Source: Candidatus Ozemobacteraceae bacterium (lineage in GTDB: Bacteria; Muiribacteriota; Ozemobacteria; Ozemobacterales; Ozemobacteraceae). From it: a stretch of 64,000 bases of DNA. The DNA is taken from NCBI GenBank assembly GCA_965140445.1, contig OZ223236.1:256001-320000 (forward strand), read 5' to 3'. Both the position numbers and the translations under genes were made by a program. The notes below the pieces were generated by a model. The model saw only the letters and a list, made by a program, of their open reading frames with translations. It made no database searches and was not told the origin of the DNA. Of this stretch, positions 19,174 to 28,361 are shown piece by piece. Numbering within the stretch: position 1 is the first letter of the stretch; each line of letters begins with the position of its first letter.

Positions 19174-19246
19174 AGCCGGCAATGGGACTCGAACCCGCAA
19201 CCTGCTGATTACAAATCAGCTGCTCTGCCAATTGAGCTATGCCGGC
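19174..19246 (-). tRNA. trnT: tRNA-Thr(TGT); CCA not encoded
   Basis: GCCGGCA/TGCCGGC acceptor; GCTGA-TTTGTAA-TCAGC arm. Confidence 0.97.
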
Positions 19247-19293
19247 GGCTTCAGTTCGCTAAGGAACTGTACCGTTTCAAACGGTATTGAAGG

Positions 19294-19322
19294 ATTATAA
19301 AGAACGCGGAAGTAAAAGTCAA
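19294..19322 (-). promoter_or_regulatory. Strong sigma70 promoter of the tRNA-tuf operon
   Basis: TTGACT-17 nt-TATAAT on the minus strand. Confidence 0.85.
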
Positions 19323-19330
19323 CAATTTTT

Positions 19331-20293
19331 TTAAACTTTTTTAAAAAAATCCTTTTGTCTTAGTATTTCGTAGAGTACAACCGCTGTACTGACTGACACA
19401 TTAAGCGAAGAAGTCTTCCCATTTAATGGAATAGCAACAACATCATCGCAAACCTTTTTTATTCTTGGGCCAATTCCAGTGTCTTCACCTCCTGCGATGA
19501 GAACAATCTTCCCACTGTACCGCAAAGAAGTATAATCTTTATCAGCATCCCCATCCAAGCCAACTGCCCAAAAACCTGCCTTTTTGACTTTTTCGATGCT
19601 GTCTCCAAGATTGGTAACACGAGCGACGGGAAGAATAGAAGCGGCACCCTGAGCTGTTCTAATAGCCCACTCAGTCATTCCTGCTGATCTAAGTTTTGGG
19701 ATTATAATTCCATCACACCCGGATGCCTCTACTGTTCGAACTATAGCTCCAAGATTTCTGGCATCTTCAACGCAATTAAGAGCAATAATAACCCCAGCGC
19801 CCTCATTTGAGATATTAACAAGTTCTTCAAGGGTACAATAATCAAAGGCTCCCCCTATGGCAACGACCCCCTGAGAATCTGTTCCAAATTTCTTTTTAAA
19901 AACGTCGCCGGAAAGTTCTTTAAAAGGGATGTTTCGACCTTTTGCCATCTCCCTTAATTCAATTAAAAGAGGACTTTTCATAGTGGAGTTAACAAAAACG
20001 GTTTCAATTGTCTGCTCGCTCTTTAGAGCCTGCAGCACTTCATGACGACCTTTTAAAATCACCTTATCATCTTCTTCTCTGACATCAGAGTAATTATCTA
20101 CAGGAGCATCTTTTGTCTGCTTTTTACGATAATCAACAGATTTTTCAGCATGTCGAGGCTTAAAAGCTTCTCCAGAACGCGAATCATTCCCTTTATGTCT
20201 GCGACCTTCTCCAACCTTTTTTCGACCTTCGCCGAAACTTGATTCATTTTTTTTCTTAAAATTCTGCTTACCAGCCGGAGTGTTCTTTCTCAT
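19331..20293 (-). CDS. rlmB: 23S rRNA (Gm2251) 2'-O-methyltransferase RlmB with a basic N-terminal extension
   Basis: GRHEV, QGVVA, DARNLGAIVRT, GGEDTG and SLNVSV SPOUT motifs; follows cysS-mrnC. Confidence 0.93.
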   Translation of the reverse strand: MRKNTPAGKQNFKKKNESSFGEGRKKVGEGRRHKGNDSRSGEAFKPRHAEKSVDYRKKQTKDAPVDNYSDVREEDDKVILKGRHEVLQALKSEQTIETVFVNSTMKSPLLIELREMAKGRNIPFKELSGDVFKKKFGTDSQGVVAIGGAFDYCTLEELVNISNEGAGVIIALNCVEDARNLGAIVRTVEASGCDGIIIPKLRSAGMTEWAIRTAQGAASILPVARVTNLGDSIEKVKKAGFWAVGLDGDADKDYTSLRYSGKIVLIAGGEDTGIGPRIKKVCDDVVAIPLNGKTSSLNVSVSTAVVLYEILRQKDFFKKV

Positions 20294-20733
20294 TTTCCCA
20301 ATTCCTCCAAAGCATAATCAAATAGCTTTTCCAGGGGTTCCTTTTTGCCAGTTAAAAATAAATATGCCACATAGGCTTCAATAGCTGTTGCTCTGGCATA
20401 CTCACCTTTTGTTCCAGATCCGTATCTGGAAGGCATTTTTGCATTTCGCCAGGTTTTAACAAGCTGCTGTTCTTCTTCACATAAAGTCGGAAAGATTTTT
20501 TCAAAAAGCTTGGCCTGGGCAGAGGAACTGACAAAAGCTACAAGCGAATCATGAAGTCGCCCAGCATCATCCATTCCCTTTCTAACGTGAGCTAACCGCA
20601 TTCCAAGCTCAAATACTGAATCTCCGATATACGCAAGCGTTCTAGAAGGAATCCGGACCACTTGGTCCGGATTCCAGTTTTGTTTAAGACTGAAGATATC
20701 AGAGCCTTCAAGCAACTCTTTTTTTACTTCCAT
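20290..20733 (-). CDS. mrnC: Mini-ribonuclease III
   Basis: LAYIGDSVFE, QAK, RN, YARATAIEA; lies between cysS and rlmB. Confidence 0.9.
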   Translation of the reverse strand: MEVKKELLEGSDIFSLKQNWNPDQVVRIPSRTLAYIGDSVFELGMRLAHVRKGMDDAGRLHDSLVAFVSSSAQAKLFEKIFPTLCEEEQQLVKTWRNAKMPSRYGSGTKGEYARATAIEAYVAYLFLTGKKEPLEKLFDYALEELGK

Positions 20734-20737
20734 ATTG

Positions 20738-22186
20738 TCAGGCTTTTCTCCATCGAGTTCCCTCTTTGGTGTCCTCGATAAGTATTCCGCCCTCTTTTAA
20801 CCTGTCGCGTATAGCGTCAGCAACATCATATTTTTTAGCCGCTTTCATGTCTTTGCGAAGTTCCATGATGATATCCATAACCGGACCAAGATCTAATCCA
20901 TCACTGTCTTTTTTCACTTCGGGAAGAATCCCGAGGATACTTCCGCCCCAGGTTTGGATCAAATCCAGCATCTTTTGAGCCGTTTTTGATGACAGGCTTG
21001 AGGAGCTGATAAACTTATTTGCATTTGTTACAAAACCATATAGACAAGCAATTGCACCAGGAGTATCAAGATCATCATCCATTCTTTCACGAATAGCAGC
21101 ATCAACTTCTTCACATAACTTTAATGCTTCGCTATCCGAAGTTCCTGCTTCAACATTTTTTTCGATTAGTTCTATAAAAGCTGTCTGAAGCTGGCTCAAT
21201 CTGGTCAGACCACTCTCTGTAGCTCCAATAGCGTCTTCCGTATAGTTAGAAGGTGATCTATAATGTGTTGACAAAAGAAATGCCCGAATAGCTTCAGGTG
21301 AATGCAAAGCCATAAGATCTTCGCAGGTTTTGAAATTTCCGAGAGATTTTCCCATTTTGACGCCATCTACGGTAACCATGTTGTTATGAACCCAATATTT
21401 ACAGAAAGGCTTACCATTTAAACTCTCTGACTGAGCTATTTCACATTCGTGATGAGGGAATTTATTTTCAAGCCCACCACCATGAATATCAATTGTTTCA
21501 CCAATATATTTGGTGGCCATAACAGAACACTCTATATGCCACCCTGGATAACCTTCACCCCATGGTGAATTCCACTTTAAAATGTGCTCAGGTTCTGCTT
21601 TTTTCCATAGAGCAAAATCCGCAGGATGTTTTTTATCAGATCTGGCTTCAACTCTGACCGCCTCTTTCTGATCATCTAATTTCCTGCCAGAAAGCTTTCC
21701 ATAACCAGGAAACGAAGTTACATCAAAATAAACATTTCCAGCAACTTCGTAGGCATTACCTTTTTCAATAAGCTTTTCTATTGCTTCAATCTGTTCACCA
21801 ATGTGCTGGCTGGCTCTGACATAAAAGTTTGGGTGATCAAGTCTGAGCTTTTCCATATCGTTAAGATATTGTCTAGTCCATTTATCAACGATTTCATAAG
21901 GATGAACCTTATCTAAGCGTGCCTGCTTCTGAATTTTATCTTCGCCAGAATCAGCGTCATCAGTTAAATGACCAACGTCGGTTATGTTCTGTACATATCT
22001 TACTTTTAACCCAGTAAATCTCATGTATTTAACAAGAACATCAAAAGTAATGTAACTTTTGGCATGTCCTAAATGTGGAGGTCCATAAACAGTTGGGCCA
22101 CAAACATAAATACCGACCTGGCCTTCCTGAGCCGGAACAAATTCTTCTTTTTGTCTGTTGAGTGAATTATAGAGTGTTAAAGACAT
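20738..22186 (-). CDS. cysS: Cysteine--tRNA ligase
   Basis: YVCGPTVY, HLGH, DFALWK, PGWHIECS, FPHHECE, KMGKS; ATG 22186 after GGAGG. Confidence 0.99.
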   Translation of the reverse strand: MSLTLYNSLNRQKEEFVPAQEGQVGIYVCGPTVYGPPHLGHAKSYITFDVLVKYMRFTGLKVRYVQNITDVGHLTDDADSGEDKIQKQARLDKVHPYEIVDKWTRQYLNDMEKLRLDHPNFYVRASQHIGEQIEAIEKLIEKGNAYEVAGNVYFDVTSFPGYGKLSGRKLDDQKEAVRVEARSDKKHPADFALWKKAEPEHILKWNSPWGEGYPGWHIECSVMATKYIGETIDIHGGGLENKFPHHECEIAQSESLNGKPFCKYWVHNNMVTVDGVKMGKSLGNFKTCEDLMALHSPEAIRAFLLSTHYRSPSNYTEDAIGATESGLTRLSQLQTAFIELIEKNVEAGTSDSEALKLCEEVDAAIRERMDDDLDTPGAIACLYGFVTNANKFISSSSLSSKTAQKMLDLIQTWGGSILGILPEVKKDSDGLDLGPVMDIIMELRKDMKAAKKYDVADAIRDRLKEGGILIEDTKEGTRWRKA

Positions 22187-22412
22187 TGGAGCCTCCAATT
22201 GTTTCAATTAAGAACAAATCTTAAAATAATTTAGAGGTTGATAATACCATAATTGCGTCCATGGTAAAAACTTCAAATATTTCTTCTTAAAAACCATTTG
22301 TTCATAGGCTAATAGAAAGGGTCCAATATTTTTTTATCATGTGCTCCATCTGAGTTTGAAATTTGCCGATATTTAAGGTAAGAAATATTAATAAGGAGCA
22401 CAAACCGCCACA

Positions 22413-22601
22413 ATGACCAACTCAGAAAACATATTAGATCTATTAGCTGAAGGCGCAACGTTTAAGGACCTGGAAAACCAGTTTGGCTATACCAAAAAGG
22501 ATTTCCTTACCGCCGCTCTTTTTGGTGTAGCTGAGCTCCGGGAAGAATACATGGAATTATTAAAAAAATACGGCAAGTTCAAAAAAGACCGCCTAAAATA
22601 G
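22413..22601 (+). CDS. Small DUF433-like helix-turn-helix protein
   Basis: AAGGAG RBS; ILDLLAEGAT..DL...F..TKKDF..A resembles the C-terminal half of DUF433. Confidence 0.55.
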   Translation: MTNSENILDLLAEGATFKDLENQFGYTKKDFLTAALFGVAELREEYMELLKKYGKFKKDRLK

Positions 22602-22602
22602 A

Positions 22603-22638
22603 AAACCGGCTAATCACACTTAAGTAAAAAGCCGGTTT
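22603..22638. terminator. Hairpin between two convergent small genes
   Basis: AAACCGGCT ... AGCCGGTTT inverted repeat with a large loop. Confidence 0.5.
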
Positions 22639-22653
22639 AATCAGGCAATTTTT

Positions 22654-22740
22654 TTAATCTGAGAGATAACCATATACATATCCAGCAAAAGCACAGATAC
22701 TTACGATCATTGCCCACCAAATAAATCTGAATATAGACAT
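22654..22740 (-). CDS. 28-aa single-TM small protein (absent from the ORF track)
   Basis: GGAGG-ATTTT-ATG; translates to MSIFRFIWWAMIVSICAFAGYVYGYLSD*. Confidence 0.6.
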   Translation of the reverse strand: MSIFRFIWWAMIVSICAFAGYVYGYLSD

Positions 22741-22824
22741 AAAATCCTCCATGGGATTAAAATTTATTAATACGATAATAGCATAGCAAATTATATGCGT
22801 CAAAGCCATAAAAGGAATAACAGG

Positions 22825-24459
22825 ATGAAAAAAGGAAACGGGATCAAAGCTCTTGCCCTTTCAATATTATTATTTTCAGCTTCCAGCACCCCGGTTTTAT
22901 CATTTGATAACACCAATATCTTGGTTGAAGAAGCTGTAAATCATATATATCAACAACGATATAAAAAAGCTCACCAAACTTTGAAAGAAGCTTATGAAAA
23001 ATCCCCAAGACATCCTGGAGTTCATTTTAATCTGGGAAGGCTCTTCGAATTAACAGGCAATTTTGATGAAGCTTTAAAAGAATATCGCCTTGCCGCCACC
23101 CTGGACACGTCAATGGTAGCCGCTCGCCGAGGAATTGCACGATGTGGCGTTGAGGTAAAACGACGAAAAGCCATGCAGGCAAAATCTCCTAAAATTACCG
23201 TGCAAAGTCAATCAGCACCAATAGTAAAAAGTCAGCCGCCTGCTCAAGAACAACCCTCACGAATAATTGTTCAAAACCAGACAAAACAGCCAGCTCCCCC
23301 TTCAATACAGCTGCCAGAAATTCCACGACTTCCCCAGATGAATACCGGAAGCAACAAACTTCCACCACTTCCAACGCAGATTATTCAGCGGGACAATAAT
23401 AAGACCGCAACGGAAAACAAAGCAGAAAGGCTAATTAACGAGGGAAAAACCGAGCAGGCTATTGCAGAGCTGAATAAAGCCCTTCACCAAAACCCAGACA
23501 GTGCAAATGCACACTTTCTTATGGGAAAAGCCCTAAGTCTGACCTCAGACCTATTTGGATCAATAAAACATCTTGAGGAAGCCATTCGCGTTGATGAAAA
23601 AACTTTCGACGCCTATTTTCTGCTTGGTCGAAACTACGCAAAAGTAAACCTTCTTGAAGATGCTATAAAAAATTATCAAATCTACTATGGAGTTAAACCT
23701 CAAGCTTCTGTAGCACTGGAAATTGCCAGAATATATGAAAACATGGGCAAACTCGATCTTGCCAAAAGCTATTATTCAAAAGCAAATGCAATGAACCCGG
23801 GCAATCCGAATCTTCAGTCACGCCTTTCTCAAACAACAGGCAACCTTGCCAACGACTTGTATTTGAGAGGGAACCATGCTTTCACTGTCGGCCTCCATAA
23901 AGAAGCAATTAATCTATTTCAGCAAGCGCTAAATACAAAAGGCCTTCAAGAAACATATAGACGCGATGCGATAAGAAAAATTGAAGTTGCCAGATTTAAG
24001 ATCAACCAATTGGTCGAGCAACAGAAGCCTGCAAAAGAAGGATTCCAAGCCTCAAGGAAAATATATGGGACAGTCAATCTCAGGTATTCACAACTTGCCG
24101 ATATAAATTTTAAAACTCGTTTTACAGGGCCAATCACAGTTGAATGGACTGGATATATTTCCAGGATCATCAGCAGACATGGAAGGGATTTCCTTCTAAT
24201 GATAAAAGAATTAAGTCGGGATGAACTTGATGAAATGAATCGTGATCGCAATGATTACAGACTTAATAAACACTTTAATAATCAGCCCGTTTTCCTGGTT
24301 GGAGCTCCGAAAGGCAAACTACCAAAATTTGCAAAAGCCGGAAAAGTAATTACTTTTACAGGCACAACCGACTGGAGATTTTACAGTGTAATTAATGATA
24401 TGGGCCAATCAGTAAATCTGCCATCATTCGATTATGTGGCAGGTTTTCCAGAAAGATAA
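22825..24459 (+). CDS. Secreted TPR-repeat protein with a Pro/Gln-rich linker
   Basis: Signal peptide; multiple TPR motifs (HFNLGRLFE, AHFLMGKAL, AYFLLGRNY); unknown C-terminal domain. Confidence 0.8.
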   Translation: MKKGNGIKALALSILLFSASSTPVLSFDNTNILVEEAVNHIYQQRYKKAHQTLKEAYEKSPRHPGVHFNLGRLFELTGNFDEALKEYRLAATLDTSMVAARRGIARCGVEVKRRKAMQAKSPKITVQSQSAPIVKSQPPAQEQPSRIIVQNQTKQPAPPSIQLPEIPRLPQMNTGSNKLPPLPTQIIQRDNNKTATENKAERLINEGKTEQAIAELNKALHQNPDSANAHFLMGKALSLTSDLFGSIKHLEEAIRVDEKTFDAYFLLGRNYAKVNLLEDAIKNYQIYYGVKPQASVALEIARIYENMGKLDLAKSYYSKANAMNPGNPNLQSRLSQTTGNLANDLYLRGNHAFTVGLHKEAINLFQQALNTKGLQETYRRDAIRKIEVARFKINQLVEQQKPAKEGFQASRKIYGTVNLRYSQLADINFKTRFTGPITVEWTGYISRIISRHGRDFLLMIKELSRDELDEMNRDRNDYRLNKHFNNQPVFLVGAPKGKLPKFAKAGKVITFTGTTDWRFYSVINDMGQSVNLPSFDYVAGFPER

Positions 24460-24474
24460 TCAAAAAAATTAATC

Positions 24475-26238
24475 TTACAGATCCCTAACCGAGGTGACCA
24501 GGTCAGAAATATTAAAGCAAACATTGCTTCCAACTGAGCTTTTTAATCTCGCATCATAACCAATTGAAATTCTTTTTGGCATTATCAAGGGCCCGTCTTC
24601 CCCTTTTTGCCGATTTAGCTTTTCAACAACCAGATTTCCGGTAATATCAAATTGTTCACCGCCAATTATGCTATTTTTGGCATAAATAGCAGCTTCAACG
24701 CTGACATTTTTAACCCCTTTTGCTGGTTTTACAGCTCCATTTAAAGCAACTAGAGAAAGAAAGGAATCGATTCCATCGTATTGAACTGAATCTGTAATAA
24801 AAATATTCCCTGTGGTTACAATCATTCCTTTTCCAGAAACTCGACCGCCAATATATACATCTCCCTGAGTATAAATTATTCCCCAAATTGGAACAGCTTT
24901 AACATCAGTTCCTTGATAGTAGAGATCTTTTTCATAAAACTCATGGCAGAAATTTTTTGCATCTTTTTTTATTCTTGCCAACTGTAGAGGTTGAAGTTTA
25001 TCCGGATATCTTGAAACAAAATCAAATTTTGTATTGATTGTATAAGGATCGGAACTTGGATATGGGGTCTCGGTTATACCAAGAACATATGGCTTAAGCT
25101 TCTGGTAATACCTGATAATTTCACCTTCATAATAGGTATATTTACTTAGGTAAGGATCGTGCAGCTGATTGTGACAAAAAAGATAGCCAATCTCTGGTCT
25201 TTGGTGTGAAAAGATCGAGTTATCTTCAAAATAATTAATAATGTCATCAGCAGCGAAAAATGGAAGATAAACATGTAACCGGCCATTTGTTCTTACTTTT
25301 CCCCAAAGATACGGATGAAGTTTTTGAATCGTTGTATCAACAAAATCTTTAATTTTGATATCAGTTGCGGAGGTAACCAACTTTCTGATTACGTTCAGGG
25401 TTTTCATTTTAATTTCGCCTTCAAAACTGACATTCGAAGACATATTTGGTTCCCAGAACAATTCAGAAGCTGTATTTCCCATAGTTTCGTGGAATGCGCC
25501 TTTGGTTTTCTTATCAAGATCACCAACAAGGTGTTTTAAGGTTCTATCAACTGACCAGTTTCTACAGCGAAATTCGCCTTTTCTTAAATATTCATCCCCT
25601 CTATCAGCAATAAATAAAGTGTAATTTTCTCCTGGAGGTGTTAAATCAGCCACTTTAAGCTCTTTAACTACTTCTAACTTTCTTTCAGTGTAAGAACCTT
25701 TATGTAAAGAGCTCCTGTAACGTCCAACAGCCTCAAATCTTAAAGCACCTTCCCATCCTCCCAGGGCTTTATCAGCATATGTATCGCGATTCTCTTTTCG
25801 ATAAATCTTTAATGGCGAAGGAACCATTTCGTATTCGTCAATATAAGTTTTAAAAGGAGTCAGCTTTAAATCGTTAACTTCAACAATTACCTCTGCTGAT
25901 CCTCCTTTTATAACTTCTCCATCTTTAATTTGAATTTTCAAGCTGAAGTTCTCAGCTCTGTCAACATCTAGCAAAGATAGAATTCTATCGTTAACCTCAC
26001 CGTCAGAGTCCAAAAGTTTTTCAGAAAAAAGCTTTCTCATCTCAATCATAGCTTTTTCTATAGCGGCTTCAGCCAGATAATATGCCTGGAGATTTTCTCC
26101 AAGCTTGGCAGTCTGAGCACGCTCCTGCCCCATATAGTTAATAAGCATCATACCAAGCAGATACAAAATGCCTACAACCGTAAGTAAAAGAAACATCGCG
26201 CTTCCTTTTTTGGGGCTCAATTTCCTGAAAAACTTCAT
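24475..26238 (-). CDS. Large PilX/GspK-like minor pilin
   Basis: KKG|SAMFLLL hydrophobic N-terminus without E+5; QAYYLAEAAIE PilX-N motif; C-terminal GIIYTQGDV.IGG...G.IV beta-helix-like repeats. Confidence 0.65.
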   Translation of the reverse strand: MKFFRKLSPKKGSAMFLLLTVVGILYLLGMMLINYMGQERAQTAKLGENLQAYYLAEAAIEKAMIEMRKLFSEKLLDSDGEVNDRILSLLDVDRAENFSLKIQIKDGEVIKGGSAEVIVEVNDLKLTPFKTYIDEYEMVPSPLKIYRKENRDTYADKALGGWEGALRFEAVGRYRSSLHKGSYTERKLEVVKELKVADLTPPGENYTLFIADRGDEYLRKGEFRCRNWSVDRTLKHLVGDLDKKTKGAFHETMGNTASELFWEPNMSSNVSFEGEIKMKTLNVIRKLVTSATDIKIKDFVDTTIQKLHPYLWGKVRTNGRLHVYLPFFAADDIINYFEDNSIFSHQRPEIGYLFCHNQLHDPYLSKYTYYEGEIIRYYQKLKPYVLGITETPYPSSDPYTINTKFDFVSRYPDKLQPLQLARIKKDAKNFCHEFYEKDLYYQGTDVKAVPIWGIIYTQGDVYIGGRVSGKGMIVTTGNIFITDSVQYDGIDSFLSLVALNGAVKPAKGVKNVSVEAAIYAKNSIIGGEQFDITGNLVVEKLNRQKGEDGPLIMPKRISIGYDARLKSSVGSNVCFNISDLVTSVRDL

Positions 26239-26247
26239 TTACTCACC

Positions 26248-27376
26248 TCACTCATCATCGGCAATGCCAAGAGGTTTTTCCCCAGAGGCATGCCATTTCA
26301 GATAGGACTTAATAAATGGATCAATTTCACCGTCCATTACTTTTCTCACATCAGAAGTCTGTTCACCAGTACGCAAGTCTTTAACTAAAGTATAAGGACA
26401 AAACACGTATGACCTAATCTGGCTTCCCCAGGAAATATTTTTCATTTCCCCTTGAATACTTTGAATTTCCTTCTGTTGCTCTTGCCTTTGCAATTCATAC
26501 AGCTTAGCCTTAAGCATTTTTAGTGCTACTTCTCTATTTTGGTGCTGACTTCTTTCTATTTGACAGGCAACTACAATTCCAGTTGGAATATGAGTAATTC
26601 TAACAGCCGAACTTGTTTTGTTTACATGCTGTCCACCTGCACCAGAACTTCTAAAGAAATCAAGTTTCAGATCATCATCTTTGACTTCCACTTCAATATC
26701 ATCTGGCAAAATAGGAAGAACATCAACTGCAGCAAAGCTTGTATGTCTTCTTGCATTTGAATCAAAAGGCGATATTCTTACTAATCGATGAACGCCCTTT
26801 TCAGCTTTCATATATCCATAAGCATATTGCCCTTTAATAAGAATTGTTGCAGCTTTAATCCCCTGCTCCTCTTCCTGAAGGTCAAGAATCTGGAATTTAA
26901 AACCAGCCTTTTCAATATAACGAAGATACATGCGATAAAGCATTGAAGCCCAATCACTCGACTCTGTTCCACCTGCTCCTGGCTTAATAGATAAATAAGT
27001 ATCTGATGCATCATACGGCTCAGACAAAAAGGTTGTCAGCTCTAAATCCTCAATTTTTTTATGAATTGGTTCAAGCTGATCTATTAAGGAGCTAAACATC
27101 GCATCATCTTCTTCAGACTCTGCAATTTCCATCAATTCAACGGTATCTGAAAGCTCTGTTGAAACAGATTCAAAAACTTCACAAGCTTTCTTTAATTCCG
27201 CAATTTTTTGCGAAATACTTTGTGCTTTATTTCTGTCATTCCAGAAATTTGGATTTAATGTTACCGATTCGAGCTCTTCGATTTCTCTGCGCCTGTTGGG
27301 CAGGTCAAAGATGGCTCCCGATGCCGGAGAGCCGAGTTTTCATTTCGCGAATTTTTTCAACGATTTCAAATTCCAC
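26248..27376 (-). CDS. prfB: Peptide chain release factor 2 (programmed +1 frameshift, about 375 aa)
   Basis: AGGAGG + GTG 27376; 23 codons to CTT TGA C (27310-27304); the +1 frame continues DLPNRRREIEEL..NFWND into the ORF with SPF and GGQ motifs. Confidence 0.97.
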
Positions 27377-27399
27377 GGTTAAACCTCCTGAAATTAGAC

Positions 27400-27864
27400 T
27401 TAGCGACTTACGCGCAAAAGTCTGCTGATCTCATTCTTTTCTCCACCAAAATTGCCTTCGGCCTTGATCTGAATGGTCAGTCTTGAATTCTCATAATCTA
27501 CAGAATCAATTGAGAAGTCCTTAATCCTATACGAAAACTTCTCTCCTGTATAACTATTATCAGCCGGCACAACAATGTCTTCAACAAAGATCCCGGAAAG
27601 CTTGCCCCATTCGTCTTTATTAGCCTCTTCAAGGGCTTTCATGGCTCCAGGAAACTGTCTTTGAACAGTTTTTATTTTAAGGAAAAAATGCTGTAAAGCT
27701 GACCTGGACATAAAGTATGCCTTTTTCAGCTTAATTACCTGCTGGTATCTTGATCTGCTATTTGTCATTGTCCATGAAAGAGACGCAACCCAGACTGCCA
27801 GACAGAAAATTAATCCCATGACAATTGGCATGGCAATACCACTATTTAGCTTTAAACTCTTCAT
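27400..27864 (-). CDS. Small PilX-like minor pilin
   Basis: NSG|IAMPIVM hydrophobic helix without E+5; KAYFMSRSALQH motif; ATGA overlap with the upstream gene. Confidence 0.6.
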   Translation of the reverse strand: MKSLKLNSGIAMPIVMGLIFCLAVWVASLSWTMTNSRSRYQQVIKLKKAYFMSRSALQHFFLKIKTVQRQFPGAMKALEEANKDEWGKLSGIFVEDIVVPADNSYTGEKFSYRIKDFSIDSVDYENSRLTIQIKAEGNFGGEKNEISRLLRVSR

Positions 27865-28337
27865 AGATTAGCCTTATAGGCAATAAGATTAACACTATGC
27901 TTATCATTTTCTCCCCAATAAGCGGTTAGTTCTAATCTTTTCATGCCTTCTTCCACTCTTGCTCGCTGCAGCTGGCCCGAAAAGGCGTCTTTTACCACAG
28001 CAAACTCTACGGGAACCAACTCTGCTTTGAGCTTAAATGTAACCAGGACTTTCTGCACCTGAGCTGGCCTTAAATCAAGGTCCTGACCAAAATGGTTTGA
28101 AACAACCTTTCCGGATGTAACCCCTGTAGGAATTGCATTAAATGGCATAGAAAGAGTTGCTTCAAGCTTTTGCTCTACCAGATTCAGAATCTGATAATAA
28201 TCGCCTATCTGTGAACTGCCCTTGGTATATTCGATCAAGAACATCCCCATAGGCAAAGCAAGTGTTGATAGTATCGCCATAGCGATTAAAACCTCAACAA
28301 GGGAAAGCCCTTTTTTTGAAATACCTGTCAACAGCAT
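27861..28337 (-). CDS. Prepilin-type N-terminal cleavage/methylation protein (PilV-like)
   Basis: KKG|LSLVEVLIAMAIL class III signal peptide with E+5. Confidence 0.85.
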   Translation of the reverse strand: MLLTGISKKGLSLVEVLIAMAILSTLALPMGMFLIEYTKGSSQIGDYYQILNLVEQKLEATLSMPFNAIPTGVTSGKVVSNHFGQDLDLRPAQVQKVLVTFKLKAELVPVEFAVVKDAFSGQLQRARVEEGMKRLELTAYWGENDKHSVNLIAYKANL

Positions 28338-28361
28338 TACTCCACCGTAAAAGTTACAGTC

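Noticed and set aside
26248..27376. prfB as a truncated gene or pseudogene
   Set aside because: The in-frame TGA is the canonical programmed frameshift site.
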